Positions 49,001 to 57,400 of a stretch of 64,000 nt of DNA are shown one piece after another. The notes beneath the pieces are model-generated. The model made no database searches and was not told where the DNA came from. It saw nothing but the letters and a program-made list of their open reading frames with translations. The position numbers were made by a program, and so were the translations under genes. This DNA is from Lama glama. Taxonomy: Eukaryota. Within the stretch, counting starts at the first letter, position 1. Every line of letters starts with the position of its first letter. The stretch lies in contig CM052817.1 in the NCBI GenBank assembly GCA_028534125.1, forward strand, positions 46,626,001 to 46,690,000, in the 5' to 3' direction.

Positions 49001-49257
49001 TATATTAGTTTTCTTTCTGTATCCACTAAGTTAATTTCTAGTGATTTTCAATGACTATTGGACAGTGATGAGCACTGAGAAACATATGCCTTTCCATATA
49101 CATGTTAGTAGTCAACATGCCTCATTTATTAGCGCATGGAAGGTATAGGTTATAAATAGGGTTCCCTACCTGCATCTAGCAAACTTCTCTGAAGAGTCTG
49201 ACAGTTAATGTAGCTGAAGAAAACAAGAAGAGAGATGGATCTAACAGTCTTCATCAT
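12961..49257 (-). CDS. Albfm1: Intact albumin-superfamily gene, alpha-fetoprotein-related gene (ARG/Albfm1 orthologue), 614 aa: complement(join(12961..13005,16829..16961,25870..26096,28572..28710,30953..31050,32674..32806,34265..34479,36953..37082,38097..38194,41081..41213,46172..46383,47712..47853,48001..48052,49170..49257))
   Basis: Coding exons of 88,52,142,212,133,98,130,215,133,98,139,227,133,45 bp (1845 nt), all introns GT-AG, phases as in ALB/AFP. Open frame throughout, with a signal peptide and three albumin domains showing the full C/CC pattern. Lies between AFM and RASSF6, the recalled position of ARG, and is not ALB, AFP or AFM by sequence. Confidence 0.92.
13580..13612. repeat. 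(AC)n microsatellite
   Basis: Direct reading. Confidence 0.9.
16829..16961 (-). CDS. Albfm1: ARG/Albfm1 exon 13 (133 bp)
   Basis: tgattcag| [44 protein letters not shown] |gtaacc. Confidence 0.94.
17880..17998 (+). mobile_element. L1 3' end fragment
   Basis: gaatcattatgctgtatatcagaaactaacataacattgtcaatcaactatactt plus A-rich tail. Confidence 0.75.
21820..22030 (+). mobile_element. MIR SINE
   Basis: ctttgagccaggtggcctgggtgcagcttccagctc ... gcctcagtgtcctcacaatgaaaatgggg. Confidence 0.65.
23536..24030 (+). mobile_element. MLT1 (MaLR) LTR
   Basis: tgtggcagattg ... ccacatgaggaagcctggattagcctcctgagg ... ttattatgcagcaaaaattaactcaca. Confidence 0.7.
25402..25586 (+). mobile_element. L1 3' end fragment
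   Basis: cagggaactatattcaatattttgtagtaacctataatgaaaaagaatatg ... atgctgtacaccagaaattgacacaacattgtaaac plus A tail. Confidence 0.85.
25870..26096 (-). CDS. Albfm1: ARG/Albfm1 exon 12 (227 bp)
   Basis: ctcctgggaaag| [75 protein letters not shown](K) |gtaagg; weak AAG acceptor, so the exact 5' boundary is less certain. Confidence 0.9.
27411..28236 (+). mobile_element. MER21-like ERVL solo LTR in ARG intron 11
   Basis: TG...CA termini, about 830 bp, with MER21 hallmarks (atatttggtctttg, gggctggtcaccagag, ctcttcatctggctgttcatctg, attgaacccaaggagggggtc) and an internal AATAAA. Confidence 0.75.
28572..28710 (-). CDS. Albfm1: ARG/Albfm1 exon 11 (139 bp)
   Basis: ctttcag| [46 protein letters not shown] |gtaagc. 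Confidence 0.95.
29020..29650. mobile_element. L2 LINE fragment
   Basis: gtaattcaagtgagagacggtgatggccggaactagg and similar L2-like motifs; degenerate. Confidence 0.5.
29708..29885. mobile_element. MER5A (hAT-Charlie) MITE
   Basis: cagtgcttcttaagtgtgatcc ... gaaatacagattctcaggctccatcccagatttactaaatcagaaactct ... ctaaagtttgagagccac. Confidence 0.85.
29969..30261 (+). mobile_element. 5'-truncated L1 with 12-bp target-site duplication TATTCTCTCTGA
   Basis: TSD at 29957-29968 and 30262-30273; L1 3'UTR (acagactcacagacgtagaaaacaaacttacggttacc...) plus A tail. Confidence 0.9.
30953..31050 (-). CDS. Albfm1: ARG/Albfm1 exon 10 (98 bp)
   Basis: tttttcag| [32 protein letters not shown](R) |gtatgc. Confidence 0.94.
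32674..32806 (-). CDS. Albfm1: ARG/Albfm1 exon 9 (133 bp)
   Basis: gacacag| [44 protein letters not shown] |gtaaat. Confidence 0.95.
34265..34479 (-). CDS. Albfm1: ARG/Albfm1 exon 8 (215 bp)
   Basis: tttgtag| [71 protein letters not shown](E) |gtaata. Confidence 0.95.
35634..36216 (-). mobile_element. 5'-truncated L1 (end of ORF2 + 3'UTR), inserted in an MLT1-like relic (about 35430-36300)
   Basis: Poly-T start; atggctgagtagtattccattgtg ... ttgtaaatagtgctgctgtgaacatcggggtg. Confidence 0.9.
36726..36786. repeat. (GAAG/GGAA)n purine-rich simple repeat
   Basis: Direct reading. Confidence 0.85.
36953..37082 (-). CDS. Albfm1: ARG/Albfm1 exon 7 (130 bp)
   Basis: Poly-T + ccag| [43 protein letters not shown] |gtaaga. 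Confidence 0.95.
38097..38194 (-). CDS. Albfm1: ARG/Albfm1 exon 6 (98 bp)
   Basis: ctaattacag| [32 protein letters not shown](V) |gtaagt; absent from the ORF track. Confidence 0.92.
38910..39066 (+). mobile_element. L1 3' end fragment with 14-bp TSD AAAATCT(C/A)TGAATG
   Basis: TSD at 38896-38909 and 39067-39080, one mismatch; embedded in older L1M-like sequence. Confidence 0.85.
40305..40850 (+). mobile_element. MLT1 (MaLR) LTR
   Basis: tgtggtgaactgtattttccaaagatagctac ... ccctgacccatagaaaccacgagagataataaatgattgtt ... cagcaataataactgg. Confidence 0.75.
41081..41213 (-). CDS. Albfm1: ARG/Albfm1 exon 5 (133 bp)
   Basis: attacag| [44 protein letters not shown] |gtaaaa. Confidence 0.95.
41890..42985 (+). 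mobile_element. MLT1-like LTR fragments (interrupted)
   Basis: cccagccccccttgcagttaggtggg ... aagaaataaatatttattgaattaagtcactg ... cttgttaccacagcatagcc. Confidence 0.55.
43700..44110 (+). mobile_element. MLT1-like LTR
   Basis: ggattgcacattcccacccc ... gcatgtgtgaaaaataaaacttttgttacattaagttgctga. Confidence 0.6.
46172..46383 (-). CDS. Albfm1: ARG/Albfm1 exon 4 (212 bp)
   Basis: cctacag| [70 protein letters not shown](R) |gtaagc. Confidence 0.95.
47712..47853 (-). CDS. Albfm1: ARG/Albfm1 exon 3 (142 bp)
   Basis: ctgtttcag| [47 protein letters not shown] |gtaggt. Confidence 0.92.
48001..48052 (-). CDS. Albfm1: ARG/Albfm1 exon 2 (52 bp)
   Basis: ctcttttccag| (A)[16 protein letters not shown](A) |gtgagt; phases bridge exons 1 and 3; size as recalled for AFP exon 2. 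Confidence 0.85.
48640..48880 (+). mobile_element. MIR SINE in ARG intron 1
   Basis: ggctttggagacag ... gttgttaggattaaa ... gcagtgcctggcacgtaataggtactgaataa. Confidence 0.7.
49170..49257 (-). CDS. Albfm1: ARG/Albfm1 exon 1 coding part (signal peptide)
   Basis: Tandem ATG at 49257 and 49254; [29 protein letters not shown]; donor GCAG|gtaggg, phase 1 as in ALB/AFP. Confidence 0.9.
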
Positions 49258-49310
49258 TTCAGATGAACATTTATAGAAAGTGTTCTATCATTTGAGAGAA
49301 TTAATGAATC

Positions 49311-49360
49311 TTTTTATATTCTTTCCAATGAATTACTATTAATAATTAACCTTTTATTGG
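49311..49360 (-). promoter_or_regulatory. ARG/Albfm1 core promoter: CCAAT (49360-49356), HNF1 site GGTTAATTATTAAT (49351-49338), TATAAAA (49318-49312)
   Basis: The HNF1 site differs from the consensus GGTTAATNATTAAC only at the last base and lies about 20 bp upstream of a TATA box 60 bp before the ATG. This is the layout of albumin-family promoters. Confidence 0.8.
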
Positions 49361-49493
49361 TGAATACTTTTTCCAGGCCACTATGACCCTCCAAAAGTTA
49401 AAGAAATTCATGAAAATGAAGAAATATTTTTGATAGATGGCATTCATTAACGAATACTGGATTGAGTGATGTCAATCTACTTGTCTTTTCAAG

Positions 49494-49638
49494 ATTGCAT
49501 CATGTCGGTCTTGCAATACAGTAATCGATAAACACTTTTTGGTAAATGTCTCAGTTCCTAGAAATGCCTGTTGACATGTACAAAGTTCTAAAATGGCAGA
49601 AGATCACGTAAACATGACTATTCGAGATTCAAATCAAT
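49494..49638. promoter_or_regulatory. Cluster of hepatocyte TF-like motifs upstream of ARG/Albfm1
   Basis: TGATGCAAT C/EBP-ATF (49502-49494, -); TTGCAAT (49511-49517); ONECUT-like AATCGAT (49523-49529) and AAATCAAT (49631-49638); forkhead ATAAACA (49528-49534) and GTAAACA (49608-49614); HNF4-like TGTACAAAGTTCT (49577-49589). Motif match only. Confidence 0.5.
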
Positions 49639-52600
49639 GGTTAAGGGCCCCATTCCAGTGCTGGGCACATTTTCAAGTCCCTGGAGAGAGTGGGGAGCAA
49701 ACCCAAGGGAACACGACCTAATTTACTGAGTGCTTACTGTGAGTCTGGTGATTATAGTTAGATAGAAATATTCTTATTTCTTGAATAAGAAATGAAGACT
49801 CAGGGTCATATAATTTGCTCACAGACTCACAGGTAGAAATTCAATTCTGTCTGATGTCAAAACCTACACCATCCAAGAGCTAGTCTTAAAAGCTAAGGTC
49901 CCAACATTCCTCAGCTATTTTCCATTTCGCCTGTCATCCGCTTCTTGGGTCTAGGGCAGGAAATAGGTGATTACTAACTGAACAAAAAGTTTAAGATAAA
50001 CATAAAGTCCAAAAGTTTTGGAAACAGGAGACCACTGGTTACTACTTTAATTGTCCCTGTCCTCAGCTTTCTCATTTACAGAGGGAGGGTTTGGACCAGA
50101 TCATCTTTAAGGCTGATAGTCTATTGCTCGATTCTGCTCCCCACAAAGTCTCATTTCTGGTTTCCTGGGCAAAGATACATTTGCCTAAACACAACAACAA
50201 CAAATCTGTTATTATTTAGATTGAGGACATGGTGGCTTATGGTAAAGAATATAGATGGCCCTGTGTGATAGAAAGGCAGGCTCAGTAAAGGGAAGGCCAT
50301 CTTTGGCAGGTTTTCTTCATGCTTTTCAGGGTCATCTAAATGGTCCTAATGCTCAGCATGTCTTCCTATCCTGCATCCTTAGAGCTGTCTCCTTGAGATT
50401 TTACTCTAAGCCTCCTGGAACTATCAGAAATGGACCTATTTCTCTAGGGATGGCAAATCCTTTGGGTGAATGCTGTTAGACTGTCACCCACTGCAGACAT
50501 TATTAATTGATCACTGCACTCTTTCTCTCTGAACCTAGACTCAGCCTTAGAATCATTCACAGCACAATGCCACAGGACAGCCACTATTAACTGATTGGAG
50601 CTTGCACTTAAGAAGGAAAAAAAAACCTGTTATATGTGTGCTAAACTAATTCCTCTTTTTAAAAAGTCAGACAAAATTAACTTCTTATGGAACCTCTTCT
50701 CTCAGAGTAAGAGATTCTCAAAAACATAAGAAGATGTTAAGTCCTCTATTAATGATTAAGTATGGAATTTCAGACCAGAGGAAAGACAAGTCATAGGATT
50801 TTTTTAAGCAAAGGCAAGGGAATGGTTTTTGTGATAGAATTCAAAAGACAGCACAGAATTTGTTCTCTATGAGAGTATGCTGACCTTTAAGATCAAAAAC
50901 GTATGGCATACAAGTCCAAGAAACAATGATGACTTTTTAAAAATACTGTTATCACAGCAAACCTAATTATTGTCCAAGTCATAGAAACAGAGTTTGAAGG
51001 ACCCTTAGAAAGACCAAGACTGGTTGCCTGGATCCCATCAAAAACCTGTGGCGACTGATCACGCATGTACAGTCTTGGCACTCATTATAGACCATTTACA
51101 AATATCCTTGCTACTAGAAAATTCTTCCTGCATCAAGTGAGTCAGGTATGTTCTATTTGTCGGTATGAGTTCTGAGTGACACAGAGTAAGTGGGACTTGC
51201 CCTTGTTCACAATCCTCTCAATGCAATGGAATACCAGGCAAAATCGGACTTTTGAATAAACCATCCCTCTTCCTCCTTTCCTCACTTCACACTGGTTACC
51301 TGCTTTTTCTCAGTGTGTTCTCTGGCTCGTCAGCAGAAAGAGCCATATGGCCATTTCCTCTGTGATAACAGAGATTGTGGTGGCCGCAGGTTCCCAGGTC
51401 TCTGGTTTCATGCCCGCTGCTCTGAGCACAGAATTGGACACAGAAGAATCCACTCGTAGGTACCAAACTCAATTAGCTAACAGTGCTCTGTTTTCTTTCT
51501 CTTTACTCAGCTTATTATCCTTTACTTAAGTAAAAGTTTCTTCCCTGTTACCCTCATTAATAAAAGAGAGTGTTTAGGAAAATGGTAAAAGGATAAAATA
51601 GCTTCATGAATTAAACTCCTATTACCTGCTGACCTTTGTATTGGGTACTTTACACACTAATTTAATACATTCTTTAAAGTCTTTATGAGATGGAGACTAC
51701 ACCTACACCAAGAAAAGGGGGTCTTAGATTGTAGGGAACTTGTGTCTGAGGCCATTCAGCAGGCTAATGGCAGTGGGAATATGAAGCCCCCACCTGTTTC
51801 CCACCCAGCATCTTGAGCTTAAATTGAGTGCCGGTGCCACGTGCACCCACAGCAGGGGTCTTTTTCCATCCTGCACCCATATGATTGCTTCTCCCTTGCC
51901 CATGGGACACAAGAACCATGTCTAGTTGGCTCACATCAGTATCTGCAATGTCTGACACACAGTAGGAATCTAATAAATATTTGTTGAATAAATGAATGAG
52001 AATCCCAAAGGCTATGCTGTAAATATTAAACCAAAAGAACTCTGAATATTTTCATATATTATCTATCAGACCATCATCATCTTCAATTTCAGATGTTGAA
52101 GTACTAAAAACCTTAAAGGTTTGAAGAAGGGTCAGGATGATCAGGCTACAAGCCGAAGACCAAGCTTCATGTCCTGGCTTCCCACATCTTAACCCTCCTT
52201 CTCCTTAGATGTCACCACCAAGCACTCACAGCCCCGGCGTAACAGCCACTGTGGTGTGAAATGGAGAAAGAAAAGAGTGGCCACTGATGCCTCGGGCACT
52301 TGTCCCTCTCTCTGAATAATGGATTACATGAGGCCACATCACGGCCCTCCCTAAGAGGTTGTGTATACACTGGCTAAGAATATCCTTCTGGAATTAGAGG
52401 ACTCAAATTCAAACTTCGGTTCTACCAATTACTAGTTGTATGACATTGAACAGATTAGTTTATTTCCCCCAGCCTGATTCCCTGTTTGTAAAGTGGAAAT
52501 AAAAGTGATGTTGACTTCACAGAGTTGGTAGGAGTCAATGAGATAATACCTGGGACAATGTTTGGTACACTGAAAACATCAGTGCCAGCTAGTAATAGCA

Positions 52601-52829
52601 GTAACAGTAGAGGACATGTCTCGTGCCATCAACTCCCATTTCCTTCCCAGAAGCAGCAAGAAGAGAATCTGGGAAGAGTCTGCCCACACAACTGCTATCT
52701 CAGAGTCCTGTCTTCCAAAAGGTAGCAGAGTAGACCTAGCCCACGAGCCAAAGGTGCTGATGGAGTGAATGACCCTTGACTGTTTAATTTTGATATCAAG
52801 TTGACACATGACAATCAGTCTTTGAGAAA

Positions 52830-52987
52830 TAACTTTATAATGTTGTAGTTTATTGCTTGCTGCAATAACATGATTTCAGGTAAAGGTTTCAGAAGAATCC
52901 TTCCACTGTGCTCTTCTCAGAAAATGTAATTCACCACAGGACAGCTAGGAAACAGACAGGTTGGTCTTTCTCCCTTTTCTCCACATC
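52830..52987 (-). other. AFM: AFM terminal non-coding exon (3'UTR) with AATAAA at 52854-52849
   Basis: Strong acceptor tttttctcttcccag|. The stretch ctgaaatcatgttattgcagcaagcaataaactacaacatt resembles my recollection of the human AFM 3' end. 3' boundary approximate. Confidence 0.75.
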
Positions 52988-53654
52988 CTGGGAAGAGAAA
53001 AATAGTATGTCATGCAGCAGAAGAATATGACATGCTATAACTTGGATGATGGGAAGTCATGTATATAAACAACTGTCCGTGCTAACTATGTTCTGCCTTT
53101 TGTAGATCCAAACCTCCTCTCTGTGGGGGTCCAGGTCTCTCTTCCACGACACTGAACGTCATTGCTATATCTATACAAAGTTTTGCTCCCAAAGTTTGTA
53201 AATGAATCTTACATAAACTGCAAGGGAGAGGGCATCCCATATATATCTTTTTTCTTTTTTTTAATATATCTTTTTGAATCACAAATGTATCACTCTTCAT
53301 TGATGTAAATGCTGCAGCAAGACTCTTAGCACAGATTTACTGAGGCCTGTCTGCCCATCCCAACCTCCTGCTCTTCCCTGTCAACATTCAGAGATTCGAC
53401 TGCCTCTCCTTTCTGGTCCAGACACCTGAGCGCAACAGAAAAAGGTGGAGTGAGAGCCTTTGGCTACTGAGAAACTGCTGGAATAGTAAGGGAAATGCTG
53501 ACACAAATGCAGCAGCACCACCCCATTAGGAGTAACTGAGACCCAGAGAAACATCACAGGACCAGTACCAGGGTCTGTTAGGTACAAGGCACGTGGGAGG
53601 AACCAGAGACAGACATGGAAGCCTGAGAGGGGAAAAGCCGGGTGACCAGATAAG

Positions 53655-54154
53655 NNNNNNNNNNNNNNNNNNNNNNNNNNNNNNNNNNNNNNNNNNNNNN
53701 NNNNNNNNNNNNNNNNNNNNNNNNNNNNNNNNNNNNNNNNNNNNNNNNNNNNNNNNNNNNNNNNNNNNNNNNNNNNNNNNNNNNNNNNNNNNNNNNNNNN
53801 NNNNNNNNNNNNNNNNNNNNNNNNNNNNNNNNNNNNNNNNNNNNNNNNNNNNNNNNNNNNNNNNNNNNNNNNNNNNNNNNNNNNNNNNNNNNNNNNNNNN
53901 NNNNNNNNNNNNNNNNNNNNNNNNNNNNNNNNNNNNNNNNNNNNNNNNNNNNNNNNNNNNNNNNNNNNNNNNNNNNNNNNNNNNNNNNNNNNNNNNNNNN
54001 NNNNNNNNNNNNNNNNNNNNNNNNNNNNNNNNNNNNNNNNNNNNNNNNNNNNNNNNNNNNNNNNNNNNNNNNNNNNNNNNNNNNNNNNNNNNNNNNNNNN
54101 NNNNNNNNNNNNNNNNNNNNNNNNNNNNNNNNNNNNNNNNNNNNNNNNNNNNNN
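53655..54154. other. Assembly gap (500 N)
   Basis: Run of exactly 500 N. Confidence 1.
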
Positions 54155-54202
54155 ATGTGTCTTCAGGCTGAAGTAAAAGATGACAGGAGAGAATGTTGGT
54201 AC

Positions 54203-54426
54203 CTGTCTTTCTTCCTCTGGAGCTCCTCGTTATGGGCCTGACACAAGTCTGTGTGAAAGGTAAATAAGCCTTGAGAGGTAGGTAGAGGCACGTAGGCTTT
54301 ATCTGCTTTCAAGCCCTCAAAGCAGGACCTTCTGAAGGCAAAGTTTGTTTTACAACAGTGGTCCACAGCAGGGTTGATGTTTCGATTTTCATTTATTCCA
54401 CATAACTGTCCAAGAACTAAATCCAT
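54203..54426 (-). CDS. AFM: AFM exon 12 (224 bp)
   Basis: ggtacag| MDLVLGQLCGINENRNINPAVDHCCKTNFAFRRSCFEGLKADKAYVPLPTSQGLFTFHTDLCQAHNEELQRKKD(R) |gtacca. Confidence 0.95.
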
Positions 54427-57400
54427 CTGTACCAATGAAAGTTACAACGGAGCTTTGAAATCTGGTTAGATGAACAGTTAGATCATTCTAAAAGCACCAT
54501 CAACTTTAGTCAGAAAAATCCACTCACCCGTAATATGGCACTACATGCAAAGAAAAGCAGAGGCCGGGGTCCTCAATGGCATTGTAACAAAAATGGAAGC
54601 CACAGCAGTACAAATGCCTATGGTTTAACCCTTACTAGCATGCATGCAAATCTGTGGTTGTGAGAACAGAGCTGCAAACAGCCAACTGAAAGGGGCAGCA
54701 GGACACTGTGACCCTTAAATTTATTCCCCTCCTGGGACATCGTCCTCCAGGTACTGTCCACCCCATCCCTAAAGAGATTCACCCAAGAACTGGCTGGGCT
54801 GGAAGCAGCAATTCTTTTACTGACCCAGGGTGGGCAAAAGGGAGAATTTGTAACATACTTAAATTTATAAGGTTTTATCATTCTGAAACAACATTGTGAC
54901 TCCCCAAGTCATTTGCCCTAATGATTACTTCTAATATAAACAAGAAGTAAGAAAGATGATTTGAAGAAACCCAAGAAAATACTTAAGACATTCCCTTTTA
55001 CCTCTTTAGGATTTTAACACAGTGAGCCAAAAAGGAGAACTGAACATTCCTCGCTAAACAATATGGAAAACACTGAAGAGAGGACAGATGGATAATCACT
55101 ATGAATCAGTGAATGCAGATATCCTTTTTGTTTTCTTTTAGGAGTAGTCAAGTATGTGGGCCGTGCTCACCAAATTATCAACGCAGGCAAACTCTTCACT
55201 CAGGGTGCAGCAGGTGGTCAATGCTATCACCATCTCTTTGCCAAGAAAGGTCAGTTCTTCAGTGGACAGCTGGGGGGCTATCTTTGTGAGTTTGATGAGG
55301 TAGCTGAAGGAACATTTGTCTGTTTGGTTCTGAATGAAAGCAGACACCAGTTTCCCCTTGTCTAGCTATTGGAACCCCATCCCTTCAAGTCTAGGGGCAA
55401 CCAGTGTAAGGGCAACGTGAGGCTCTGCTCTCTCGTAAAAAGGTAGAGAACAGTCTCTTCGCTCCCTGATTTCCTGCACCCTGCCTCCTAGATCTCTGTA
55501 TTTCAGTTTCCTTCTAATTTCCTGATAATCTCAGAAACTCTCAGATTTGCCCATCTTGTTTTACCTATGAGTATAGGAGCTCCTTGGCAGCAAATATCTT
55601 GGCTAGTATGTGAAATCCTGCTTGAAATTCCTTGCAGAGTTAATACATATTTTAAAGGGAAAATTAAATAGATACATGCTGGAAATAGATACTCTGAGAT
55701 GACAGAAACAAAATCTTTAATGGGCTGAGTTTGACTTCTCAGCTAACAGAATGCAGGAATAGTGAAATTATATTTTTTTGACTGTGTTCTGTTTTGATTT
55801 GAAGATGTTTGGTTTCAACACATACTACATTAGCATGGTAATTAATTAAGATAATCCAGAACAAACTTCATTTTATTCATGAATGCTCACAAGAGTACTT
55901 TAAAAATAAATATTAAAGTGGTAAGCACATCCAGAATTATTTCTTTAAACTATTTCTTTAAACTTAAACTTTAAATTATTTCTTTAAGATAGGCTTAAAT
56001 CCTGGGAAAACCATCTTTTCCTTGGAAATTGTAACAACCTAAATTTGATCCAGTCCACCCTCCAAACCTGCCATGGGGCACACTTCAGAAATTCTGGGTT
56101 GAGAGTGAGAAAGGCAAGTGCAAACAAAAACTAAAGTATCAGAGAATCAATTTGTCCAGAATCCTATCCTATATTTCTTCAATTTCTAGCCTCATTCCTT
56201 CTGGAGACTTAATATGACACCTCAATATGCATTCTTGACTTTTGGGTTTTTGTTCTTTCCCAGAGTTTATGAATTCACCACAACTAAAAGCTTGAGCTAA
56301 ATTTTTGACACTTTGTTGTACTCTTTATCTTACCCTGGTCACAGTGTTTACCTACTTGTGCAAACCACTTACTAGTATTTCAAGTCATCCTTCCCCAAAT
56401 TCTGAAAATGTTCACATTCTTGCTGTACTATCTTGAGGCTTTTCTCAGTTGTCTCATTGAATCTGTTTTCCTGAAAATAAGAGCAATCACGTTTATGAAG
56501 ATTTTATCTAAAATTTAATCAGAAGCTTCATGTCAACTTGTCTAATAGCCTTTTTAAATTACATAGTATTTTCAAACTATCATCACCACACATTACACTA
56601 AATTGAGGGGAACGTTTTATATATGTAAGAATTTGAATCTTTTCAATTATAGTTATAGACACAGATGTAGTTTTTGCTAAAATCTGAAAGTTCACATTTT
56701 TCGTCAACATTACCTTGTACATTTTATAAAGCTTTCCAGTCTGTAAAGCAAAATTCGAATCTGATGTTGACAACGGTCACATTTGAAGTCTGTTTAATAA
56801 TATAAAATTTTTTGTATGATTCTCACTTTGAAGTGGCCAGAGCAGCTGTTATCTGCCTTCATGAAATCAAGAGACTTGCCTAGCCTCACCCAGGAAGTCA
56901 GGGTTGCTACAGAACAGTTTTAATTACATGTAATCACATGTATTTTTTATACCTTCTTCTTCATCCTTTAGAATTGGAACTTACAACCGCCAATAATTGT
57001 CTTCAAATATTTGACAAACTGTCTCTCATGTGGCATAAAATTGGACCTCTACTAAGTGACCACCAGAGAGAAAGCTACACACTGGTGGATGATGCTGTGG
57101 GATGAATTGTGTCTCCATGCAATAAAAAGAATTTTCTAGCACTACGATTCATTTAAGGATCAGGAACAGACCTCCTCATTAGGAAGAGCGGCAAAGATGG
57201 GCTGGAACAAGTCTTTTTAGTTCTTGCTCAAATACGAATGGGTGTAAACTGGCTTTTCTGGCAAATGGAAGTAATTTTTTAAATAAAGCAAAAGCAACAC
57301 ATATCAAATAAATGAGAAACAAATCAGAAATGTCAATTCATTTCTGTAATACATAAGGAGTGCATATAAACTGATATTAAAAAACACACTAATTTCAACA

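Noticed and set aside
12961..49257. Calling the middle gene AFP, a second AFM or a pseudogene
   Set aside because: AFP lies upstream of AFM in the cluster. Exons differ strongly from the AFM exons in this window (exon 11 is 139 vs 133 bp). No stop, frameshift or broken GT-AG was found.
53593..54171. 192-aa ORF, the longest in the track
   Set aside because: Artefact of translating the 500-N gap.
55935..55988. Short direct repeats (TATTTCTTTAA x3) as a CRISPR-like array
   Set aside because: AT-rich slippage in a mammalian intron with no spacer structure.
56372..56374. Apparent TAG stop at the end of AFM exon 10
   Set aside because: TA|g spans the donor; after splicing the codon is TA+C (Tyr).
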